A DNA stretch of 64,000 nucleotides, taken from assembly GCF_018977255.1 (NCBI RefSeq), contig NW_024704743.1, forward strand, positions 83,392,001-83,456,000, given 5' to 3'. The position numbers and the translations under genes were made by a program. The notes under the pieces were generated by a model that did no database searches, was not told where the DNA came from, and saw only the letters and a list, made by a program, of their open reading frames with translations. The DNA is from Callorhinchus milii. Taxonomy: Eukaryota. This document shows positions 53,851 to 64,000 of this stretch, in pieces. How positions within the stretch are numbered: position 1 is the stretch's first letter; every line of letters starts with the position of its first letter.

Positions 53851-55204
53851 ATGTAACATTTCTCAATAGCCTGGTGAACTAAGGTACCTTCCAGTGCATC
53901 ACATGTCTTGCAGACTGGAAGACAGAAGTTGCAAACTCCAATTTCAGCTGATCTCTGTTCTGAGATGCTACGCTGTGTGAAGGTGCTTTATAAATGCAAG
54001 TTTATGTGAAGTTGGTATCTCACTAACCAGCAAGCCAATATTCCATTGGATTTAGCCCTTTGGGAGAACTAATTGCAAATTTGAGAATATTAAGGTTCTT
54101 TTAAGATGCAATTATCTGGTCCCAGCTTGACAGGCAGCAGGAAACCTTGCCAGACAGTGCTTTCACTGGCAAACTATGTGGTTTTACCTGCTTAAACGCC
54201 AGCACATTATGAGGTTCCCAAACTTTAGCTCTTGCCAGCCTACACCTAATACTCGCTGTAATTAGATAAGCAGAATACGTCCCTCCAGGGACAGTGTGCA
54301 TTTTTTTCCAATACATGGAGATTTTCATGTATAGGTGGGATGCATGGAACTCTCAGTCTGGTTTTTCAGTATACTCTTAAGGATGGTGATGGATTTCCAC
54401 ATGTGGCTGACCAATAAAATATTGAAAACAGTATCTCTGTGATATTCCACTGGGCATAAATTCAACAATTTGATATTGAATTTGGTCCACACTATGAAAA
54501 AAGGGCATGAAAACGTAATGCAATATACAAAAGTGTTAAAGTGAACATTTTCGAGATAGGAATGGATTGATATGATTTTAAAATAATATGGTAATTCTAC
54601 TCAAGAGGAATGAAATGTTTGCTCGAAGAAAAAAAAGAGCAGAAAGGCTGAACAATGACAATCATTTTTCTATAGCTGTGGTGGTCGATGGTGTCTCCTG
54701 AGCTATATTGCTGTGGTGGTTCGTGAAGAAAACAGAAGGTAGTAGTGACTGTGACGGGAGGAGGCGGAACGAAAATGTGAAAGGCAGCCAGGGGTGGTGC
54801 TGCCTACATGAGTGATGAGTCAAGAGAGGTGGAGATAGAGATAGGCAGCAGAGGATTCGTAAGAGACATAGGAGCCAAACCATACAAGGAGACAGCAAGG
54901 CAATAAAAACTTCTAACAAGTGAGTTCCTTCAGCCTTGTCAGAAAAGAAATGCCTCCGCTAAAGTGAATTTTGATAAAGTGAATAAAGGCATCTTGTTAG
55001 GCACTTCCATGTTCCTCCTTGAAATCTATCCTGGGCCAATACTAAACCTTGAGATCTTTGGGATTTGTGATTCACAATGGGATTTCCCACTACAAATCTC
55101 ACTGTCTTAGCAACTAACACACAGCAGACGTCTTTGTCCACTAAGTTTATGAGTTATTGTTAGCACTATGAGCATGATAGAATTATTACTCTGATTGCTG
55201 GGGG

Positions 55205-55400
55205 CAGAGTGACTGTGATTGCTACTGTGATTGACAGGGAATAGAGTCACTGTGATTGACAGAGGATAGAATGACTGTGATTGACAGGAGGGTAGAGTGA
55301 CTGTGATTGATAGGAGGGTCGAGTGACTGTGACTGGCAAGAATAGAGATACTGTGATTGACGGGGGGGATAGAGTGACTGTGATTAACAGCGGGGGAGAG
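55205..55400. repeat. Minisatellite, about 25-bp unit x about 8, followed by a GA-rich tract to about 55680
   Basis: gagtgactgtgattgacaggagggta repeated with variation. Confidence 0.9.
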
Positions 55401-57394
55401 AGCAATCCATGATAGTGTGTGGTGAAAGGTTAGAGACAGGGAGTCAGAGAAAGAAAGTGAAAGAAAGTCAGGGGCAGCGGGAAAGACTACAAAAGAGAGA
55501 AAGTAATATAGATGCTGACTGACTGAAATAGTTAGAGGAACTAAACTCAGAGAAAAAGAATCAGAAAGACAGAGATTCAGAGAGAAAGTTTGATACAGAA
55601 AGCAAGAAAGAATTAAAGTGAGAATAAGAGAGAGAGAGAGAGACAGGGATAATTGAAGAGAGAGCAAGAGAAGGGTTGACATTGTGTGATATAATAGTGG
55701 CACTATAACGTCTGATGGAAAAGTTTTAAAGATAGCACTGTAGTAAATTTGTATTTTGCAACATGACCAATTATATGCAGTTTCCTTATCCACAATGGGA
55801 TATCTGACCCTATATTGTAGCTTTTTCTTCTGACAGTATCATTTTCATTTTTAATTGTGCGACTTTATCCCTCTTAACCTTTTCAGAGCCCCACTGGAGC
55901 TGTAAAGATTAATTGTCATAATATTTTTTTATCATTCTGATAACTGAACATTGACAACATTTGTTGCTAAGCAAATAAAAACGGACTATAAATTGCCAGG
56001 AGACCTGGTGAACTTCAGCTGCTCTGACATAGGACTTTATTTTTCCCAGGATACAGATAAAATAATTTACTGGGTTAAAAACCGTCTTATTTGCAGGAAC
56101 ATGTAAGAAAATTAAAAAGAAAATTGTCCTCCACATTCCTAGAGAGGATAGGTGGTCATTGCTTTGAACTACAGAGATGTCTGATAGCACACAGTGGGTT
56201 CTCTCTCTTTCCTTCATCCTGTTCATAGGCTTTCCTTTTCCCTCGGGTGCAGTTTCTTTTACCTTTCAAATTTAAATTTTAAAATTTCACATAACAAGTG
56301 AATTGATTATATATTTTGTGGGCGAAAATATAGTTGCTACACTTCCAGTAAGTTCTACGAAGTTCTTTGAAACGTCTCAATGATGTGATAAGATCCTACA
56401 TCAAACACAAGAATAATTTTAAATTGCTACATTTGGCAGTAATTCACCCACAAAATATACAGTCAAGCCACTTTAAAGTAGATGCTGTAAAGCGCTTTGA
56501 GACATCTCTGTGATCTGATAAGGCATTATATCAAATGCAAGGAATATTATTAAGCTTTCCTTCCTCCCTAAACTGCAGTTACTCTTCAGATTCCATGTTG
56601 AGACTACACCAAGTTACCTGGTTACTTGGTCCTCCTGGCAAACAGAGGAATAAGTAGGTTAGAAATTGAAAAGCTACAAAAGAGGTATTCTCATGAGTTG
56701 ATCCTCTCGGCTTTCGGGACTGCAGTTTTCCCTGAAAGCTGAGTGAACGGAAAGGAAGAGCAACAGGAACAGAAAGGAAGGGATCCGACTGTTCCTGTCA
56801 GCATAATGCTCCATTATCTTCACTATAAACTAGTCATGTGGCTGCAAATTTTAAGGACACAGTGTAAATACATACAAACAACTCACCATTTACTGCACAG
56901 TGCATAATAATGAGTATAAATGGCTTACAGTGCCTTTCATGCCAAATCCATGGTACGCATGAATGTGCCTTTACAGCAAATTACAGATAAAACATTTGCT
57001 TATTGTATGCGACATAAATCACTATTGTTCAGTCAGAATAACCATTCAAAAATGTGTTTTTATAAAAGGAAGAAACAACATATAAGACTTTAAATAGCAG
57101 ATACATCCTTAAATTCAGGAAATCCTGACATTCTCAACAATAAAAGTGGTGAGGTTTAGATTACAGAGTGTTTTGTGACCCAAAGCAGATTTTGTTTTGA
57201 AACGTTCTGAGTTTTTTTGACATTAATACATTCATTGCATCAACATTGAAATTTTGGCGAGAACAATGGGCTTTTCAAAACAAAATCCCTTTCTTAATGT
57301 ACCATTTACATAACTGTGCCTTTATTTGAACAAGCCGTCCTCACTTGGAAAGGGATATTTTTCTGTTCAAAAATATACCACAGGGAAATTTAAT

Positions 57395-57871
57395 GGGGCG
57401 AAATTTGTAAAGTATCATAACACGTTCCTCGTGTTAGTTTGCACGTTATGTAATGCTGCAAATTTGCTCCTGTTTGAAAACTAACACTGGTGTACCCTCA
57501 CGCATATACACATCACATATACACACCCTGTGATACACGGCTGGGTCTGCACTAATTCCCATCCAAGTGACCGCCCTCTTCAGTATTCCATGCAGTGGCC
57601 CAACTTAAATCTGCCACCAGAAGCCAATTGGGATACTGCTGGAGTTTAACTAACTAAAACGGCACAGCTTGCCATTGGGATCACTGTAACTATAAAAGGT
57701 GGTGGCCACATGGAAGGGACTGAGAGCAACGACACGGTGTTCTGCAGTGGTAGAGTATGTGTGAGTGTAAGCTGGAATTAATTAGCAAAATGGAACAGAT
57801 TTGTGGTGTTCCATTAACGTGTTCCTTGTGTTAATTAACACATTTGTATGAAGCATTGCAAACTTCACCCC
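57395..57871. mobile_element. 477-bp foldback MITE, PIF/Harbinger-like
   Basis: Termini GGGGCGAAATTTGTAAAGTATCATA / TATGAAGCATTGCAAACTTCACCCC (19 of 25 inverted matches). AAT on both flanks (3-bp TSD). Inverted similarity continues inward. Confidence 0.75.
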
Positions 57872-58313
57872 AATGTTGATTTAAAAATATATTCAAGCAA
57901 CTAAAATTACTTTAACTGCAGATGTGTCAATATCTCATTACATTCAGCTTTTCAGTGCATCTTCGGGTGCCTTTTCGTCACATATAAATTTCTTCCACTT
58001 GCTCAGTGTCCACGTATTAAGTGCTCTGAGACATTCTTTTATGTGAATAGCACTATAGAAGTGCAAGTTATCGTTAAAAGCAATGAGGGTTCACGCAAGT
58101 TGTGCTCATTCTGTGTGCCATCCAATTGGATATTAAAGATCCCCATGGCACTATTCAAAAAGCAACAGGAGTTTCTTCTCCTGGTGTCCTGGCCAACAAT
58201 CCCCCGGATAAAATTGGGCATTCACACTGGCTATTTGTGGGACATTGCTCTGCACAAATTGGAGGCTGGGTTCCCTATAAATATGCAAATATACAGTTTC
58301 TGAATATTACAGA

Positions 58314-58357
58314 AAGGAAGGAAGGAAGGAAGGAAGGAAGGAAGGAAGAGAGAGAGA
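58314..58357. repeat. (GGAA)n/(GA)n microsatellite
   Basis: Read directly from the sequence. Confidence 0.9.
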
Positions 58358-59384
58358 TTAGTGCTAGTGTAGTGACTGTTTTTATAGGCAAAAGTGACAT
58401 CTATTTTACATGCAGTAAATTCTCACATAACCAAGAAAGAGGTAAATAAGCAATTTATCTGGGAGACTGTCGTGCACCAGGAGAGACACTCCCTTTTTGT
58501 TTAAGGGTTGCGGAGCAGGTGTAATGAAAAGAAAATTAAGAAACCAAATTGTAGAATAAAGTTGAAAGGAATGAGAAACAATACTCTCAAATTTAGAAGA
58601 CACTTGAATTAACAATATATATGACCGATCTCCCTCGATGGGCATAGGCAGACACGACAGCACTGGGGCGCACAGACAGAAAGACTGCAGGCTGTTTTGT
58701 GCAGTTACATTATCTCAGCTGGACAGTGAGAGGAGTCTTACAATTGACCTTAACTCCCTTATGGGAATATCAGCCAGGGTTCCAGCTTCCGATTGCTCTT
58801 CAGAGAGCTCTCTCTCTCCTGAGTGTGGATGTTGGAGGAGGACAGACTTGGGCAGACTCAGCTGTAAATTCCTCCCCCCCCCACTATGGTTGAATGTCTT
58901 GTGATCACAAATTTCAGTATAAACCTGTGGCTGGCATTTCACTTCCAGGCTCTTTTGCAGTTCCCAGCTGAAGTTACTGTTTATATCTCAGAGCTATTTT
59001 TCTGGTGGTGAAGCACTAGCATTCCCGGAGATCGCTTTATCAACTGCATTATATTAATTCACACTCAGGCACTCTTTGAGAGACCAGAGTATTTTATAAA
59101 CATCATATTCACACGTGTGGTATAATGGGAAGAAAACTGAGGATGATGTAGGGCCTGATTACTGTTGTGAGCAACCCAAGTTTTCTCATTTATATTAACC
59201 ACCGATTACATGAAATGAAGTCATCTCACCATGCCCTGCTTGTGGTTCAAGCTCTCTGTTATCCATGCGATAGTCTGATGATCTCAGATCCTGAATTACA
59301 GTGCAGCGCTGACCCACACTAAGGAAGCCGTGTGTAAGGATCGTGCCAATACATTAATGTGCCTTGATCACGAAATATTCCCCA

Positions 59385-60060
59385 GTGAAGATTCCTGAGT
59401 ATTTATAGGCAAATGCGCAGCTCATTTGCACTGAACAATATCCCACAAACAGCCATGAAGTGAATGGCTAATATTTGAGGGAAATTGGCCAGGATAACAG
59501 GAAAAACTCCCATTTCTTTTCAAATAGGGCCTTGGGAATTTTAACATCCATCTGACAGCCAGATGAAACCTCATCTTAACATCTTATCCAAATGACAGCA
59601 ATTTCAACACTGCAACAGACCCTGTAAGGCAGTGTCAGCCTAAACTATGGGAGTTTTGATGTGGAGCTTGAAACCACAACCTCTGACTCAGAGGCAATAG
59701 TGCTACCAACTGAGAAACACTTGACACATAGCTTTGAGCTCACAGTCTAGGCTGAAACTCGAATGCAGTGGGGGAATGCTGCACTGTCAGGGGTGCCACC
59801 CTTCGGATGAGATGTTGAACTGATGTCCTGTCTGCCTGTTTGGTTGAACTTTAAAGATCCTGTAACACTATTCAAAACAGAAGGAGGTTTCTCGTGATGT
59901 CCTGACCAACAACCCACCAGGTTTAAAAAAATGGCTGTGGGACATTTCTGTGCACCAATTGGCTGCCATATTTGCCTACAAATACACAGTTACTACACTT
60001 TATAGTAAATTCTGTGAACCACTTTGAGACATTATAAGGCACTATGGCAAATAGTACCTA
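59385..60060. mobile_element. Two older Deu-SINE copies head-to-head (- at 59385-59725, + at 59731-60060)
   Basis: Reverse-complementary segments, e.g. gtgtcagcctaaactat / acagtctaggctga and cccacaaacagccat / atggctgtgggac. Confidence 0.8.
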
Positions 60061-60986
60061 ATGATAATAATAAGGATACCAGTCGAGCGAATCTTGATTT
60101 GCAGAAGCTGCCTATTTTAACTCAGAATCTACCACACCACCAAGTGATGAATTACACACAAGGTTTGTGTGTTATTTTCAGGCATATTCAGCTCGATGAC
60201 TGACGTTCCATTTATAAGTCTCTGTGAGTCGTCAAACAAAAAGGATTTTGAATGGACATTGCTTCCATTTCCAGCAAAATGACAGAATATCAAACAAGGA
60301 CTTTGATCCACTTGTACACATGTCTTTGCAACTTCACACCATCTTGAAAACCAGAAAGGAAAATAGGTGGGAGGAACTATGTTGCAAATAAGACAAAGAA
60401 TTCCAAAAACCACAAATCCTCCTAAAAACAGGATCTTCGCTTGAAAGCCCATTTTCTATAGACTCTAGACCTGATTGATGACGTGAAATACACTCGCTGC
60501 TGCAAGAGGAAGAGTCCCATTGATGATAAAGGCTTCGGGCCTTTGCTATTCTTAGACAAATCAATAAACTATTATGGGCAAACTACATTATTCTCTTTCT
60601 TCTCTCCTTCCCTCCCCCACCCACTGCTGGGTTCAACAAATGCATGAAAAAGAACTATTATCAGGATCACCCATTATCTCAATCAATTGAGACTTACAGT
60701 CGTGTCTATAAACTCTGAAACAGCATACTTAAATTAATGTAATAATTCTCAACAAAAACACAACCAAGAAAACATCCACTTTTCCAGGTTAAGTGTAAGT
60801 ATATGCCTCATAATTCAACAAATATTCAACAACATTCAAAAAATCTTACATTGTTGTTATTCTTCTACAATGCTGTGTTACCTTTAAAGCTTCACATTTC
60901 AAGATGAAAGAGAAATCGACGTCAGTCATCAAGCACCACAAAAGCTGCACTGGTTTGAAGAGTCTGCTTTAATATAAAACGCTTAC

Positions 60987-61092
60987 CTAGATTTTTTTTT
61001 GCAATGATCCATGCCAAAATTAGCTGTAAATTGACAGTACTTTTGTTACTGCTGATAGCAACCATCACAGTAGTGGATAGGGGGGAAGGGGG
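60987..61092 (-). other. Candidate upstream non-coding exon of ZNF516
   Basis: Only splice-site-like ends: ttctttcttcttAG|CCCC ... TCTAG|GTAAGC in repeat-free sequence. Confidence 0.2.
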
Positions 61093-61516
61093 CTAAGAAG
61101 AAAGAAATGCACAAAGCTTTGACCTTGCATCTGTATATGAAAACGGGAAAAATAGCAAATGGGAACATTTCCACATGATTATTGATTTATTAAATTCAAC
61201 CTGACTTGCTATGCTCAGTGAGCAACAAAGCCAATTTGACATAAACAATCAAAAATGATATGAATAAAATATATGCAGTGCCTGAACAGTAACTGTCTTA
61301 TGTTTACTTTAACCTCAGCCTAACTCATTGCCTAAATGCATGTTAAAGTTTAAGACTGCCATATGTATTGCATTAATGATACATTTTGTAGAGCTCTGAT
61401 CCTGGGGCTTTGATTTAGAGGCATCTGTTTAATGTATGGAATCTTTCCAAAAAGTTTATTTCAATCTGCATCATAATGAAAATAACAGCAAATCGAATTT
61501 ATGTACATGTCCTGTA

Positions 61517-61890
61517 GAGTCCTGTGGCTGAGTAGTTATAGCACTCGATTCGCAAACGAGAGGACTTGGGCGGGACGAAACATTGGGCAAGTTTCCTTAC
61601 TCCAAACGCCTCTGTTTACCTAGCAGTAAGTTGGAACCCGATTGTTAGTTGATTGGCGAATCGCTTTTCCAGGGGTAATAATAATATTATTCAACGTAAT
61701 AATAATAATAATTTAGTCACTCAGTCTACGTTTGCTTGTGGGACACTGTTGTGCGCAATTAGCTGTTGCGTTTTGCCCACAAAATATACAGTCAATTCAC
61801 TTTACAGTATATTCTGTGAAGCGCTTTGAGACGTCTCGAAAAGGTGATTAGGCGCTATATCAAATGCAAAGATTATTATTATTATTATTG
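61517..61890 (+). mobile_element. Full-length Deu-SINE (long form)
   Basis: Head, ctctgtttacctagcagtaag...cttttccagggg segment, core and (att)n tail. Confidence 0.9.
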
Positions 61891-62282
61891 TGCGATTGTT
61901 ACCCAGCAGAAAAGGCCCTTCAACCTTTAAGTAAACTGCCTTTTTGTTTAATTCTCTTTCCTGCAAGCATGTATAAAAGAGTACACAAGCTTAAATTAAT
62001 TCAAAGATTGAGCATATTATGCTTGACTTTTTGTTAAAAACATTATTTTTACAGACTTTCCTTGGTCGCACATTAAAACAATAATAAAGGCCTGCATTAA
62101 AACAACAGTAAAGACCTCTGCTTAAAGTATTTGAAGCAATGTCCTGGATCGAGTGCTCATCACATCCATTAACTGGACCTCATCAAAAGCCTGAATCTGC
62201 AAGTATGTGCACCCAGCTAATAATAAAGCCATCACCTTTGAACTGTGCATTGGTTGAACCTACGCACGCTTACTGAACTATT

Positions 62283-62608
62283 GTGGAGTCCTGTAGCTCA
62301 GTGGTTAGAGCACTCGCTTTGCAAGTGAGAGACCTGAGTTCAATTCCAGGCAGAGGGCGAAACCTTGGGCAAGTTTCCTTACTCCACACGCCTAATAATA
62401 ATCCCTCCAAAAACCCCAAAACAATAATAAATTGGTCATTTTTAATCTACGACTGTTTGTGGGACATTGCTGTGCGCAATTAGCTGCTGCGTTCGCCCAC
62501 AAATATACAGTCAATTCACTTTACAGTATATACTGTGAAGCGCTTTGGGACGTCCTCCTGACGTGAAAAGCGCTATATCAAATGCAAGGATTATTATTAT
62601 TATTATTT
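62283..62608 (+). mobile_element. Full-length young Deu-SINE (short form), tRNA-Ala(TGC)-like head
   Basis: A box TAGCTCAGTGG, loop tttgcaa, B box GTTCAATTCC, Deu core, tail stem-loop and (att)n. Confidence 0.92.
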
Positions 62609-64000
62609 GTAAACGATATCAAGAAAGAAAAGGCAAGAGAATCTCTAAAATAAATGCTGCTCTAAGTGACTTACAGGCAGATTTATTGTGATAATTCACC
62701 CACATCTGATGACTTGAGAGTTTTCAGCACCGATCTTTTTTTGAACAGGTACAAATCCAAATGATTAAAAAAAACTTCATTTTGAAATGAAACCTTAGTT
62801 TAGTAGATTGGAGTTGAAATAACAGCTCACTCACCTGCCTGGAAGAGAAATAAATGGGATGTAACAAGTACAGATTTATTATTACTTAGCCCTGGGACAA
62901 TTACATCAGATCTGCATTATTCATCGGAGGCTATACTGCCTAGGACATAAATCGAGACAAAATCATAACAACATAGATCTGTTCAGTTACAATGTCTCTA
63001 TGTAAAGAGCTTGATAGATCGGCTACACCGTGACTGGAGATAGCATCAATTCAATCTGTTGTAAAGTTGCTCTGTGTAATTGTGGATGGAATGTCAGGGA
63101 AACCAATGCCTTCTAGCACTACTTGGCACAGGAACATTTCCCACATTATCTTTTCCTTTGGTAGAAACAACGCAACTTAACAGAAATTTAAATCGACTCT
63201 CTGTATTACTTTTAGCAACAATAAACCAACCCTTGAGAGCTCTGATGATATCAATTTGCGTTGATAGCTGCACTGTCAGCAATGTATCATAAAGTATATA
63301 AAAGAATAACTGTAAACACCTATTAAAAATACATAATCCACACTAGATTGGCTGCTAAAGAGGGAATTGCATTGTCAGTCTCTCTTAAAAATCAAAAGAA
63401 TCATTATTATGATCTTGGCATTATGTGCCCACTTGCATTGTTTCATTACAATTTTCTTTAAGCTGTGAATACTGATGAAATCTGTGTTATTGAATCCCGA
63501 GAATGTGAGGACACTGAGTGATCATCAGCAAGGACAAATTTACAGACCTTCACATTGTGTTAAAAGAATGAAAGAAAGTCGAAACAATTAAACTCCCTTG
63601 CTTTCAAATATTTTTCAAAAGAGTAAAGAAATACAATGGTTATACCTGGTTCGATCTCATTATGCAACAAATGTTAGCTAAACAATATGCAGTGGGAGCC
63701 CCATTGTTGTTGGGAATCCATAAAATTCCAACCCGTATCATAACCGCATGATTGCCCATCAGCGCTTCTGCATTCACTGTATGTTATGTAACTTATACCT
63801 AAATTAGAGGGTATTATTCTGCAACTGAAGCATCCCTGACACCCATGGGTTCTCTAAATAAAGCATTGTAAAACTCAAAACTCTTTTTATTCTTGGATTG
63901 TCCCTGTCCAATATTTAGGAATAAAAATAAATACTACAACATCAACAATAAATTATTTTGTATATCGCCTTTCACTTCAGGAGGAAGTCCCTGGGCTCTG

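Noticed and set aside
55107..55793. 228-aa ORF
   Set aside because: Low-complexity translation of the minisatellite and GA tract.
62283..62360. tRNA-Ala gene (also at 4800-4879, 34490-34560, 53521-53590)
   Set aside because: Each continues directly into the SINE body and tail, so these are SINE heads.

Overview
Eukaryotic, repeat-rich DNA from a cartilaginous fish. A chimaera/elephant-shark-like lineage is inferred from the SINE and LINE families; this is not proven. The window holds most of one protein-coding gene on the minus strand, a ZNF516 orthologue (multi-C2H2 zinc-finger CtBP-binding corepressor scaffold). Three coding exons with compatible phase-1 splice junctions are readable: 45652/45517-43114, 29372-27778 and 21694-21587. 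The terminal exon(s) and upstream non-coding exon(s) could not be fixed. Unusual points in the gene: (i) a 597-bp in-frame array of 25 copies of a 24-bp unit encoding an acidic TLSEERTQ-type repeat; (ii) an extra C2H2 finger resembling ZNF217 finger 7 whose usual upstream partner finger is absent and whose place is taken by the array; (iii) a 1-nt frameshift in the second coding exon, while downstream coding sequence remains intact, so most likely an assembly error. The rest is introns or flank filled with tRNA-headed Deu-domain SINEs, L2 and CR1 LINE fragments, foldback MITEs, minisatellites and a 139-bp Penelope-type element carrying a minimal hammerhead ribozyme motif between 12-bp target-site duplications. 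No CRISPR, rRNA or true tRNA genes were seen. Family names rest on recalled consensus sequences, not on searches, and repeat boundaries are approximate unless stated.
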